From assembly GCF_042660085.1 (NCBI RefSeq), contig NZ_JBHSTI010000002.1:210001-242000 (forward strand): a stretch of 32,000 bases of DNA. Reading direction: 5' to 3'. The notes beneath the pieces are model-generated. The model searched no databases. It had not been told where the DNA came from and saw only the letters and a list, made by a program, of their open reading frames with translations. Positions within the stretch are counted from its first letter, which is position 1, and each line of letters opens with the position of its first letter. Below, in pieces: positions 1 through 8,340 of this stretch. This DNA comes from Longivirga aurantiaca (GTDB taxonomy: Bacteria > Actinomycetota > Actinomycetes > S36-B12 > CAIYMF01). The position numbers were made by a program, and so were the translations under genes.

Positions 1-213
1 GACATCGACGGGCACGGTTGCCGGCGGCGTGCCGGCGGGGGAGGGCGGAGCGGATGAGGCGGGGGAGGCCGACGCCGAGGCTGCGGCCGTCGGCGGCGCG
101 GGAGCGGCAGTCGCGCCGCACGCGGTCAGCAGGAGGGCGCCGGCCGTCGCGGCGGCGGCCGGCGTCGACCGGTCGAGGACCCGGCGGAGGTGGTGCGTCC
201 GGCGTTCGCTCAT
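1..213 (-). CDS. Lipoprotein N-terminus (truncated by window edge), Ala/Pro/Ser-rich linker; possibly the start of a class F sortase-type protein
   Basis: Reverse complement reads MSERRTHHLRRVLDRSTPAAAATAGALLLTACGATAAPAPPTAAASASASPASSAPPSPAGTPPATVPVDV, with basic N-terminus, hydrophobic stretch and lipobox LLTAC; GAGGAG SD upstream of the ATG at 213. Missing from the ORF track because it runs off the edge. Sortase idea rests only on the final VPVDV and is weak. Confidence 0.7.
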   Translation of the reverse strand, partial: MSERRTHHLRRVLDRSTPAAAATAGALLLTACGATAAPAPPTAAASASASPASSAPPSPAGTPPATVPVDV

Positions 214-400
214 GAGGTGATCCGCTCCTCGTGGTGCTCGTGGACGACGTCCCTGCCGCAGGGACGGATAACGGCCGGCCAGTGTTCCCGCCGGACCCTG
301 CGGCGGGGCTCACATGCCGGGCCGCGGGTGCCCGGGGAGCGGAGCCCGGCCGCATCGCGGACAATGGGACCACCCTCGACCCGAGCCCGAGAGAAGCGCC

Positions 401-1657
401 GTGACCACCGACCCGCAGACCGACGTCGTACGAACCGACGTCCTGGTCGTCGGCGCCGGCCCCGGCGGGTCCTCCGCTGCGATCCACCTGGCCCGGCTCG
501 GCCGTGACGTGCTGCTCGTGGACGGCGCGGAGTTCCCGCGCGACAAGGCCTGCGGCGACGGCCTCACGCCGCGCGCAGTGGCCGAGCTGCAGACGCTGAA
601 GCTCGACCACATCCTGGAGGGCGGCCCGGTCAACAAGGGGCTGCGCGGCCACGGCTTCGGCCGCAGCCTCATGCTCCCGTGGAACGGACCGCACCTGCCC
701 AAGCACGGCTCCGCCATCGCGCGCACCGTGCTCGACAACGCGCTGCGCGACGCCGCCCTCGACGCCGGCGCCACCGGCCTCGACGGGCACAAGGCCGTCG
801 ACGTCGAGCTGACGGGCGGCCGCCTCACGACCGTCCTGCTGCGCGGCCGCGACGGCACGGTCCGCGTCGAGGCCGAGCACGTGATCGTGGCCGACGGCGG
901 CAAGTCGCACCTCGGCCGCCTGCTCGGGCGCGCGTGGCACAAGGAGACCGTGTTCGGCGTCGCGTCGCGCGCGTACGCGACGAGCCCGATGGCCGACGAC
1001 CCGTGGATCACCTCGCACCTCGAGCTCCGCGACGAGTCCGGCCGCATGATGGGCGGCTACGGCTGGGTCTTCCCGCTCGGCAACGGCCTCGTCAACGTCG
1101 GCGCGGGCACCCTCGCGACGAGCAAGCGACCGGCCAACATCAACCTGCGCAAGCTCACCGAGGAGTACGCCCGCCAGCGCCGCGACGAGTGGCAGCTCGG
1201 CGAGCTCACCGGCTACGGCTCGGCGCCGCTGCCCATGGGCGGCGCGGTCAGCAACGTGGCGGGCCGCAACTGGATGCTCATCGGCGACGCCGCCGCGTGC
1301 ATCAACCCGCTCAACGGCGAGGGCATCGACTACGCGCTCGAGACCGGGCGCCTCGCGGCCGAGCACATCGTCGAGAGCGGCGCGCGTCCGGACTTCACGG
1401 CGTCCTGGCCGGCCGAGCTCTACGCCGAGTACGGCGAGGCCTTCTCCATCGCGCGACGCCTCGGCATCCTCATCACCCACGAGCGGCTGCTCGCGATGTC
1501 GGGCCCGATCGGGATGCGCATCCCCGCGATCATGGCGGTCGCCTTCCGCGTCATGGGCAACCTCGTCACGCCCGAGGACAGCGACGTCGTCGCCAGGGCC
1601 TGGCGCACCGCCGGCCGCGCCTCGCTGCGCCTCGACCGCCGCCGCCCTTTCCACTGA
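401..1657 (+). CDS. Geranylgeranyl reductase family / menaquinone reductase (MenJ)-like FAD-dependent oxidoreductase
   Basis: GTG start at 401 inside the 314..1657 ORF; VLVVGAGPGGSSAAIHLARLG dinucleotide-binding motif, KACGDGLTPRAV, WMLIGDAAACINPLNGEGIDYALETG typical of the family. Confidence 0.88.
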   Translation: MTTDPQTDVVRTDVLVVGAGPGGSSAAIHLARLGRDVLLVDGAEFPRDKACGDGLTPRAVAELQTLKLDHILEGGPVNKGLRGHGFGRSLMLPWNGPHLPKHGSAIARTVLDNALRDAALDAGATGLDGHKAVDVELTGGRLTTVLLRGRDGTVRVEAEHVIVADGGKSHLGRLLGRAWHKETVFGVASRAYATSPMADDPWITSHLELRDESGRMMGGYGWVFPLGNGLVNVGAGTLATSKRPANINLRKLTEEYARQRRDEWQLGELTGYGSAPLPMGGAVSNVAGRNWMLIGDAAACINPLNGEGIDYALETGRLAAEHIVESGARPDFTASWPAELYAEYGEAFSIARRLGILITHERLLAMSGPIGMRIPAIMAVAFRVMGNLVTPEDSDVVARAWRTAGRASLRLDRRRPFH

Positions 1658-1676
1658 TCCCCCCGGCTTGGCTGGG

Positions 1677-1773
1677 TGGGGAATCCGTCGTAGAGAGCAC
1701 GCGCGTTACCCAGCCACGCCGGTGCTCGGGTAGCTGCGTGGGGAATCCGTCGCAGAGCGCACGCTCGTTACCC
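1677..1773. repeat. Two direct copies of a 35-bp element (1677-1711 and 1739-1773), 62 bp apart, 32/35 identical
   Basis: TGGGGAATCCGTCGTAGAGAGCACGCGCGTTACCC versus TGGGGAATCCGTCGCAGAGCGCACGCTCGTTACCC, read directly. Confidence 0.95.
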
Positions 1774-1780
1774 GGGTAAC
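1767..1780. promoter_or_regulatory. 14-bp perfect palindrome GTTACCCGGGTAAC directly upstream of the 1789 start codon
   Basis: Read directly; right half of the second repeat copy forms its left arm. Operator function is inference. Confidence 0.45.
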
Positions 1781-1788
1781 GTGGCGCA

Positions 1789-2565
1789 ATGACGTCGACC
1801 GCCGACAAGGCCGCCCTCCTGCAGCAGCTGCACGCCGACCCCGAGCTGCTCGTGCTCGTCAACGTCTGGGACGTCATCACCGCGCAGGTCGCCGCGGCAA
1901 CGCCCGGCGTGAGGGCGATCGCCACGGCCAGCCACTCGATCGCCGTCGCGCACGGCTACCCCGACGGCGAGGTGATCCCGCGCGACGAGATGCTCGAGAC
2001 GGTCGGGCGTATCGCCGCCGCCGTCGACCTGCCTGTCACGGCCGACCTCGAGGCCGGGTACGGCGACGCCGGCGAGACCGCGCGCCGCGCGATCGACCTC
2101 GGCGTCGTCGGCATGAACCTCGAGGACCAGCTGAAGCCGCTGCCCGACGCCGTCGCCGCGGTGCGCGCCGTGGTGCAGGCCGGCGAGGCGGCGGGGATCC
2201 CGTTCGTGCTCAACGCCCGCACCGACGCGTTCCTCCGCGCCGGCGACAAGGACCCCGACGCCGTCCTCGCCGATGCGATCGAGCGCGGCAAGGCCTACCT
2301 CGACGCTGGCGCCTCCACCTTCTTCGCACCGGGCAGGCTCACCGAGGACCAGGTCGAGGCGATCGTCGCGGCGGTCGGCCCGCAGAAGCTCAACCTCATC
2401 GCGGTGCCCGGAGCGATCCCGCTCGCGACGATGCGGCGCCTCGGCGTCGCGCGGGTGAGCTTCGGCCCGTGGAGCCAGAACGTCGCGCTCACGGCGTACG
2501 CCGACCTCGTCGCGTCGGCGGTCGACGGCGGCGGCGTGCCCGACGGGACGCGCCGCTTGAACTAG
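1789..2565 (+). CDS. Isocitrate lyase / PEP phosphonomutase family protein
   Basis: Full ORF 258 aa; LLVLVNVWDVITAQ, DLPVTADLEAGYGDAGETARRAIDLGVVGMNLED, FVLNARTDAFL, STFFAPG motifs characteristic of the PEP mutase/ICL superfamily. Confidence 0.9.
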   Translation: MTSTADKAALLQQLHADPELLVLVNVWDVITAQVAAATPGVRAIATASHSIAVAHGYPDGEVIPRDEMLETVGRIAAAVDLPVTADLEAGYGDAGETARRAIDLGVVGMNLEDQLKPLPDAVAAVRAVVQAGEAAGIPFVLNARTDAFLRAGDKDPDAVLADAIERGKAYLDAGASTFFAPGRLTEDQVEAIVAAVGPQKLNLIAVPGAIPLATMRRLGVARVSFGPWSQNVALTAYADLVASAVDGGGVPDGTRRLN

Positions 2566-2721
2566 CGGGCACCGTCCGTCACCGCCATCCGACTCGACGG
2601 CGGCGGCTCGACGTCCCTCTGGGAGCGCAGGACGGTCGGCGGCACGCTGCTGCGCCTCGACCGCCCGGCCACGGAGTACGAGCTGCCCCTCGTGGACGCC
2701 GTCGCCTTCCGCGCCGTCTGA
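2566..2721 (+). pseudogene. Orphan C-terminal coding-like fragment with no start codon, in frame with the preceding gene's TAG
   Basis: Frame reads (TAG)RAPSVTAIRLDGGGSTSLWERRTVGGTLLRLDRPATEYELPLVDAVAFRAV(TGA); from 2581, 45 of 46 sense codons end in G or C. Confidence 0.5.
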
Positions 2722-2725
2722 CGCG

Positions 2726-4624
2726 CTAGAGGTCGATGCGGGTGCCGATGGCGATCACGCGGTCGGACGGCAGGCCGAAGAACTGCGACGGTGCCTGCGA
2801 GTTGCGGTGCAGGAAGGCGAAGAACTTCTCGCGGTGCTCGGGCACCGACCCGGCGTCGGTGCCCGCGAACTTGCGCTCCGACAGGTAGTACGTGGCCACC
2901 GACTCGACCTTGCCGAGCACCGAGGAACGCAGCGCGGCAGGGATGTCCGGCGTCTCCATATAGCCCACGGGGATGACGATGCGACGGACGCCCTTCATCA
3001 CGTCGATGATCTCGGGCGGCCCGTCGGCGACGGGGATGCTGACCGTGCGCACGGTGACGACGAGCACCTCGGCCGGCATCGCGTGCAGCACCTTGATCTG
3101 GGAGCTGAGCGCGGCGGGCACGTCCTCGGCCGGGGAGGCGAGATAGACGCCGACGCCCGGCACCCGGGTGATGCTGCCGTGCTTGAGCTCCTCCGCGATG
3201 CTCGGCCAGTGGACGGCGGTGCGCGCCATGTAGTTGTTGAGCGCGCGGTAGCCGTTCGACCAGCCGATCATCACGAGCATGACCACGGCGCCGAACGCGA
3301 CGGGCACCCAGCCGCCCCTGAGCAGGTTCGACAGCGTCCCGACGAGGAACGTGAAGTCGACCACCAGGAACAGGGTCGTGAACGGCCAGAGGCGGTATCC
3401 CGGCCAGCCCCAGGTGCGGCTCGCGACGGCGTGGAAGGCGATCGTGGTGATGAACATCGTGCCCGCGATCACCAGCACGTACGCGTGCGCGAGGGCCGAC
3501 GACGACTGGAAGGCCACCACCACGGCGATGCAGAGCGCGCCGACCGTGACGTTCACGAAGGGCACGTAGATCTGGCCCTCGTGGTCGGCGTGCGTGTGCT
3601 TGATGGACAGGCGCGGCAGCACGCCGAGCTGGATGCCCTGCCGCGCGAGGGAGAACACGCCGGTGATGAGCGCCTGCGACGCGACGACGGTGGCGGCGGT
3701 GGCGAGGATGACGAGCGGCAGCGTGCCGCCGTCCGGTGCCAGCCCGAAGAACGGGTTCTCCGCCATCTCGGGGTTCTCGAGGACGAGCGCGGCCTGGCCG
3801 AGGTAGCAGAGCACGAGCGCCGGCCCCACGAGGAGCGCCCACGACAGCCGGATCGGGCGGCGGCCGAAGTGGCCCATGTCGGCGTACAGGGCCTCGGCGC
3901 CGGTCACCGCCAGGATCACCGACGAAGCGACGGCGAGCGACACCCAGCCGTGCGAGGCGATGTAGCCGAAGGCGTACGACGGCGACAGCGCGAGGAGCGC
4001 GTCCGGGCGGGCGGCCAGCCGGAACACGCCGAGCGCGGCGATCACGAGGAACCACAGCACCATCACCGGGCCGAAGAACTGGCCGATGCGATGGGTCCCC
4101 CGCGACTGCACCGAGAAGAGCAGGACGAGGATCACCACGGCGATCTCGACCGCGTAGGCGCCCAGGCCGGGGCGCACGAGCTCGAGACCCTCGGTGGCCG
4201 ACAGCACGCTGATCGCCGGCGTGAGGACACCGTCGCCGAAGAGCAGGGCGGTGCCCACCAGCACGAGGAGGAAGAGCAGCCGCTCCCTGCCGGTGGAGCT
4301 CTCACGGATGCGGCGGGGCATGAGTGCCAGAAGGCTGAGGATGCCGCCCTCGCCGTGGTTGTCCGCCCGCATCACGATGAGGAGGTACTTGATCGTCACG
4401 ACGATCATGAGGGCCCAGAAGATGAGCGACACGAGGCCGAAGACGTCGTCGAGGTCCCGGCCGCTGGTCGCGAAGGACTCCTTGAAGGCGTACAGCGGGC
4501 TCGTGCCGATGTCGCCGAACACCACGCCCGTGGCCCCGAGGGTCAGCGCGAGCGTGCCCGTGCGTCCCTGCGCCCTGGTCACGGCCGGAAGGCTACCTGC
4601 CGCCGTCGGGCGCACGTGAGTCAC
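2726..4624 (-). CDS. kup: Low-affinity potassium transporter Kup/Trk family
   Basis: LALTLGATGVVFGDIGTSPLYAFKESF, GDGVLTPAISVLSATEGLE, LVVTVRTVSIPVAD; KUP architecture. Start uncertain (GTG at 4624 or 4582). Confidence 0.93.
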   Translation of the reverse strand: MTHVRPTAAGSLPAVTRAQGRTGTLALTLGATGVVFGDIGTSPLYAFKESFATSGRDLDDVFGLVSLIFWALMIVVTIKYLLIVMRADNHGEGGILSLLALMPRRIRESSTGRERLLFLLVLVGTALLFGDGVLTPAISVLSATEGLELVRPGLGAYAVEIAVVILVLLFSVQSRGTHRIGQFFGPVMVLWFLVIAALGVFRLAARPDALLALSPSYAFGYIASHGWVSLAVASSVILAVTGAEALYADMGHFGRRPIRLSWALLVGPALVLCYLGQAALVLENPEMAENPFFGLAPDGGTLPLVILATAATVVASQALITGVFSLARQGIQLGVLPRLSIKHTHADHEGQIYVPFVNVTVGALCIAVVVAFQSSSALAHAYVLVIAGTMFITTIAFHAVASRTWGWPGYRLWPFTTLFLVVDFTFLVGTLSNLLRGGWVPVAFGAVVMLVMIGWSNGYRALNNYMARTAVHWPSIAEELKHGSITRVPGVGVYLASPAEDVPAALSSQIKVLHAMPAEVLVVTVRTVSIPVADGPPEIIDVMKGVRRIVIPVGYMETPDIPAALRSSVLGKVESVATYYLSERKFAGTDAGSVPEHREKFFAFLHRNSQAPSQFFGLPSDRVIAIGTRIDL

Positions 4625-4687
4625 CGTTCCGGGTGGCACCCGTCGGGCCCGGGGGTGAAGACTGTCGGGGACACGAAGGAGCCCACC

Positions 4688-4873
4688 ATGGCTGACAAGG
4701 CGGCGTCCGGCGCCAGCGAGGACACCAAGGCCAAGTTCCTCGAGGCCCTTGAGAAGAAGAAGAACGGCCACGCCAAGCCCGGCGAGCACAAGCACGACGG
4801 ACCCGACCACGCGCACGGCGAGCACGGGGCGGCCGGCGGCAAGCGCGAGTTCCGGCGCAAGTCCGGCGGCTGA
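4688..4873 (+). CDS. Small hydrophilic DUF5302-like protein
   Basis: 61 aa MADKAASGASEDTKAKFLEALEKKKNGHAKPGEHKHDGPDHAHGEHGAAGGKREFRRKSGG; GAAGGAG SD upstream. Confidence 0.8.
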   Translation: MADKAASGASEDTKAKFLEALEKKKNGHAKPGEHKHDGPDHAHGEHGAAGGKREFRRKSGG

Positions 4874-4969
4874 CCTGACCGACGGCCCGCTCCCGTGGGC
4901 CGTCGGTTCGCGCTGGACTACGTATCGGCTGCGGCAAACGGCCCTGCGCGGCGCCCGTGCACCGGCACG

Positions 4970-6475
4970 ATGGCGCCCATGACTGGGAACCCGGCACAGA
5001 CCATCGCCTACCCCGCGCCGGGGTCGCGCCCGCGCAAACAGAGCTCGGAGCGCACCCTCCCGCACGTCATCGTGCTGTTCGGCGCCACCGGCGACCTGTC
5101 CCGCCGCAAGCTGCTGCCGGGCCTCGTGCACCTCACGACCTCCGCCCTCGCCCCCGACATCCGTGTCGTCGCCACCTCCCTCGAGGACTACGACGACGAC
5201 GCGTTCCGCCGGTTCACCAAGGACGCGCTCGACGAGTTCGGCACGCATGCGCTGTCCGACGAGGCCTGGGCGACGTTCGCCGACCAGCTCAGCTACGTCC
5301 CGACGTCTGCCGGCCCGGACGCACTGGCCGAGGTCGTCAACCGCGAGCGGGCGGCCCTCGGCGAGGAGGCGCACCTGCTGCACTACCTGAGCGTGCCGCC
5401 GCGCTCGGCATTCGAGGTGATCGCCATGCTGCGCGAGGCCGGGCTGGTGCAGGACTCCCGGGTCGTGATGGAGAAGCCGTTCGGCACCGACCTCGAGACG
5501 GCCATCCACCTCAACGACCACCTGCACGAGACCTTCTCCGAGGAGCAGATCTTCCGCATCGACCACTTCCTCGGGAAGGAGGCTGCGCAGAACATCCTCG
5601 CCTTCCGCTTCGCCAACGGGCTCTTCGAGCCCATCTGGAACCGCAACTTCATCGACCACGTGCAGATCGACATCCCCGAGACCCTCGACCTCGGGAAGCG
5701 CTCGGCCTTCTACGAGGCCACCGGTGCCTACAAGGACATGGTCGTCACGCATCTCTTCCAGGTGCTGGCGTTCGTGGCGATGGAGCCGCCGACGGCGCTG
5801 GAGCCGCGGGCGATCAGCGAGGAGAAGAACAAGGTCTTCCGCTCGCTGCTGCCGATCGATCCCGCGAACGTCGTGCGCGGCCAGGTGGCCGGCTACAAGG
5901 ACCAGCCCGGTGTCGCCCCCGACTCCGACACCGAGACCTTCATCGCGCTGCGCTGCGACATCGACAACTGGCGCTGGGCGGGTGTCCCGTTCTACCTGCG
6001 CACCGGCAAGCAGATGGCCGAGGGGCAGCGCATCATCTCGATCGCCTTCAAGGAGGCACCACGGACGATGTTCGCCGCCAACTCGGGTGTCGGGGCGGCC
6101 GGGCCGGACCACCTGACCTTCGACCTCGCCGACGCCTCGAAGGTCTCCCTGTCCTTCTACGGCAAGCGGCCCGGACCGGGCATGTTCCTCGAGAAGCTGT
6201 CGATGCAGTTCTCCACCCAGGACACCGAACGGGCGGGCGACGTCCTCGAGGCGTACGAGCGGCTGCTCCTGGACGCCATGCGCGGCGACCACACGCTCTT
6301 CACGACGTCCGAGGGCATCGAGAGCCTGTGGGCGCGGTCGCAGGACCTGCTCGACGACCCGCCGCCGGTGAAGCCGTACGGCGTCGGCACGTGGGGGCCG
6401 AACGCCATCCACCAGCTCATCGCGCCGCACGCCTGGCGGCTCCCGTTCGAGCGGGTCTGGCGCGAGCAGAGGTAG
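4970..6475 (+). CDS. zwf: Glucose-6-phosphate 1-dehydrogenase
   Basis: VIVLFGATGDLSRRKLLPGL, MEKPFGTDLETA, FRIDHFLGKEAAQNILAFRFANGLFEPIWNRNFIDHVQI, YEATGAYKDMVVTHLFQ. Start (4970/4979) is a choice within the longer 4895 ORF. Confidence 0.95.
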   Translation: MAPMTGNPAQTIAYPAPGSRPRKQSSERTLPHVIVLFGATGDLSRRKLLPGLVHLTTSALAPDIRVVATSLEDYDDDAFRRFTKDALDEFGTHALSDEAWATFADQLSYVPTSAGPDALAEVVNRERAALGEEAHLLHYLSVPPRSAFEVIAMLREAGLVQDSRVVMEKPFGTDLETAIHLNDHLHETFSEEQIFRIDHFLGKEAAQNILAFRFANGLFEPIWNRNFIDHVQIDIPETLDLGKRSAFYEATGAYKDMVVTHLFQVLAFVAMEPPTALEPRAISEEKNKVFRSLLPIDPANVVRGQVAGYKDQPGVAPDSDTETFIALRCDIDNWRWAGVPFYLRTGKQMAEGQRIISIAFKEAPRTMFAANSGVGAAGPDHLTFDLADASKVSLSFYGKRPGPGMFLEKLSMQFSTQDTERAGDVLEAYERLLLDAMRGDHTLFTTSEGIESLWARSQDLLDDPPPVKPYGVGTWGPNAIHQLIAPHAWRLPFERVWREQR

Positions 6476-6487
6476 GTCAGCCGAGCG

Positions 6488-6504
6488 CCCCCCAACGCGG
6501 GGGG
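6488..6504. terminator. Possible G/C hairpin between convergent zwf and the questin-oxidase-like gene
   Basis: CCCCCC-AACGC-GGGGGG; no T-tract, so weak. Confidence 0.3.
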
Positions 6505-6558
6505 ACAAGCACATACGTCGTCCGGGCGCGGTCCCGTGCCGCGCTGCGGCGCATCCGT

Positions 6559-7587
6559 TCAGGCATCGAGGGCCACCGCCGTCGTGATCGCGGCCAGCGC
6601 ACGACGGTCGCCGGTGCGGGCGTGGACGTCGAGGGCAGTGTCGGCCAGCTTCACGACGTGCTCCCCACCGTGGAGCACCGCGCTCTCCCAGATCTCGTCC
6701 GCGGTCGCCTCGGTGCTGCGCCCAGGGCCGTCCGCGGCGGGTCGGTACGCCGCGAGCACCGCCGCAGTGGCTGTCCAGGCGGCATCGAGGCTAGGCCGCC
6801 ACAGCTCGCGCGGGAGCGTCGGCAGGGTCCGTGCGACGGCGTTGGGCGCGGTTGCCGCGTGCACGAGCATCGTCGGGTTCCCGACCGCGATGCGCGGGTA
6901 GGCGAGCACGACCGCGTCGACCACGGCGTCCAGGACCGCGGGGACGTCGGCGTCCGACTTCGGACGGCGCAGGGCCGAGGCCTGCTCGGGCCAGCCGTCG
7001 GTGGTGGCCAGCTGGGCGAGCCGGTCGCGGATCCCGCCCTCCTGCCTCGCGACGCGGGGAAGCGTCGCCAGGAGTGCACCGGGGTCGGCGTCCCCGTGAA
7101 CTGGGGCGAGCGGCACGGCCTGCCAGCGAGCAGCCCAGTAGCCGAGGGCGTGCGCGAGCTCGGTCACGCGCGGCTGCGTCACCTCGCTGCGCAGCGCGTG
7201 CACGGCGTGACCGACCCGGATGACGCCGTGCGTCGCGCCGGCCGCGATCCCGGGCAGCAGCACCGGCCACCACGTCGCGAGGACGTCGGTCCATGCCGCC
7301 TCGTAGAGCTCCCGCTCGAAGAAGCCGATCCAGTCGGCGAGCCGGCGCCCGTCGCCGAGCGCTTCGGATGTGTCGGCACGGCCAAGCCGGGCCCACGGTC
7401 GCGGCATCTCCTCGAGCCGGAGCGCGTAGTCGTCGGTCCACTGGTGGACGACGGAGCCGGAGCCGCGACGCGCGAGCGCCTCGACGGCCATCGGCCCGTG
7501 GTTGGACAGCCAGCCCTCGAACTCGGGGCCGGTGGCGTGGAGGCGCTCGAGCGCCTCGTCATAGGTACCTGCGGCGGTTGTCTGCAT
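6559..7587 (-). CDS. Questin oxidase family protein (DUF4243-like, putative Baeyer-Villiger-type oxidase)
   Basis: MQTTAAGTYDEALERLHATGPEFEGWLSNHGPMAVEAL..., ALGDGRRLADWIGFFERELYEAAWTDVLATWWPVLLPGIAAGATHGVIRVGHAVHALR, HVVKLADTALD: pattern remembered for the questin oxidase-like family; no search done. Confidence 0.7.
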   Translation of the reverse strand: MQTTAAGTYDEALERLHATGPEFEGWLSNHGPMAVEALARRGSGSVVHQWTDDYALRLEEMPRPWARLGRADTSEALGDGRRLADWIGFFERELYEAAWTDVLATWWPVLLPGIAAGATHGVIRVGHAVHALRSEVTQPRVTELAHALGYWAARWQAVPLAPVHGDADPGALLATLPRVARQEGGIRDRLAQLATTDGWPEQASALRRPKSDADVPAVLDAVVDAVVLAYPRIAVGNPTMLVHAATAPNAVARTLPTLPRELWRPSLDAAWTATAAVLAAYRPAADGPGRSTEATADEIWESAVLHGGEHVVKLADTALDVHARTGDRRALAAITTAVALDA

Positions 7588-7593
7588 GCGACC

Positions 7594-7624
7594 ATGACAG
7601 GACATCAAGTGGACTTGAGGTCAA
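7594..7624 (-). promoter_or_regulatory. SoxR/MerR-type promoter driving the questin-oxidase-like gene
   Basis: Minus strand: TTGACC (7624-7619), 19-bp spacer TCAAGTCCACTTGATGTCC (7618-7600), TGTCAT (7599-7594). Dyad TCAAGT-GG-ACTTGA; 18-bp box CCTCAAGTCCACTTGATG matches E. coli soxS box CCTCAAGTTAACTTGAGG at 15/18. Confidence 0.8.
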
Positions 7625-7626
7625 GC

Positions 7627-8106
7627 ATGAAGACGTCCGATCTTCTGAGCATCGGCGAGGTGGCCGAGCGCAGCGGCCTCGCTCCGTCCGCCCTTCGCTA
7701 CTACGAGACGCTCGGCCTCATCACCAGCACGCGCACGGCGGGCGACCGTCGGCGCTACCGCCGGTCGGTGCTGCGGAGGCTCGCGGTGATCCGATCGGCG
7801 CAGAACGTCGGGCTGGCGCTCGACGAGATCGCCGGGTCCCTCGCCGACCTGCCGGCGGACACCGCCCCCACCAAGGCACAGTGGGCGCGGATCTCGGCCC
7901 GGTGGCGGCCGCTGCTCGACGCGCGGATCCGCGACCTCGAGGCCGTCCGGGACAACCTCTCCAGCTGCATCGGCTGCGGATGCCTGTCGATGCGCCAGTG
8001 CGCGCTGTTCAACCCCGCCGACGAGCTCGGGGCGCAGGGGTCCGGACCCCGTCGCAAGGTGCCCCTGCTGGACGCCGTGCCGCCCCGACGCGAAGCGGCG
8101 CGGTGA
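7627..8106 (+). CDS. soxR: Redox-sensitive MerR-family regulator SoxR
   Basis: 159 aa MKTSDLLSIGEVAERSGLAPSALRYYETLGLI... with the 2Fe-2S motif CIGCGCLSMRQC. Hidden inside the spurious 4957..8106 ORF of the track. Confidence 0.93.
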   Translation: MKTSDLLSIGEVAERSGLAPSALRYYETLGLITSTRTAGDRRRYRRSVLRRLAVIRSAQNVGLALDEIAGSLADLPADTAPTKAQWARISARWRPLLDARIRDLEAVRDNLSSCIGCGCLSMRQCALFNPADELGAQGSGPRRKVPLLDAVPPRREAAR

Positions 8107-8295
8107 CGAGGAACGGTCACCAGAAGGCCGCTCAGCGCTGTGTGAATCTAGGGGTCCACAGGTGCCCTTCAGGGGCGCCTCGTGACCGCTGTCAGGGGGC
8201 GCAGCGCGCGGGGTGGGCGGAGCGGGCCGGTGCGTGTGCGGGGCGGGATTATCCGATAGGCGGGGCGGTCTGGGACACTTCACGGCGGGATTCGG

Positions 8296-8319
8296 GCGCC
8301 CCGGCAGGAGCCGGGGCGC
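8296..8319 (+). other. 10-bp stem, 4-nt loop hairpin in the 5' region of the GT2 gene
   Basis: GCGCCCCGGC-AGGA-GCCGGGGCGC, 21 nt upstream of the GTG at 8341. Confidence 0.5.
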
Positions 8320-8340
8320 GGAGCGCAGAGGACGGACGTC

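Noticed and set aside
2562-4055. 497-codon minus-strand ORF overlapping kup
   Set aside because: Out-of-frame shadow of kup, which is unmistakable in the neighbouring frame.
2726-6514. 1262-codon minus-strand ORF spanning kup and the antisense of zwf
   Set aside because: Only the 3' half (kup) has family motifs. The upstream portion is the antisense of a clear zwf gene and is low-complexity Arg/Val/Gly/Asp-rich, a high-GC artifact.
4957-8106. 1049-codon plus-strand ORF
   Set aside because: It is the wrong frame of zwf and antisense to the questin-oxidase-like gene, joined by chance to soxR. Only 7627-8106 is real.
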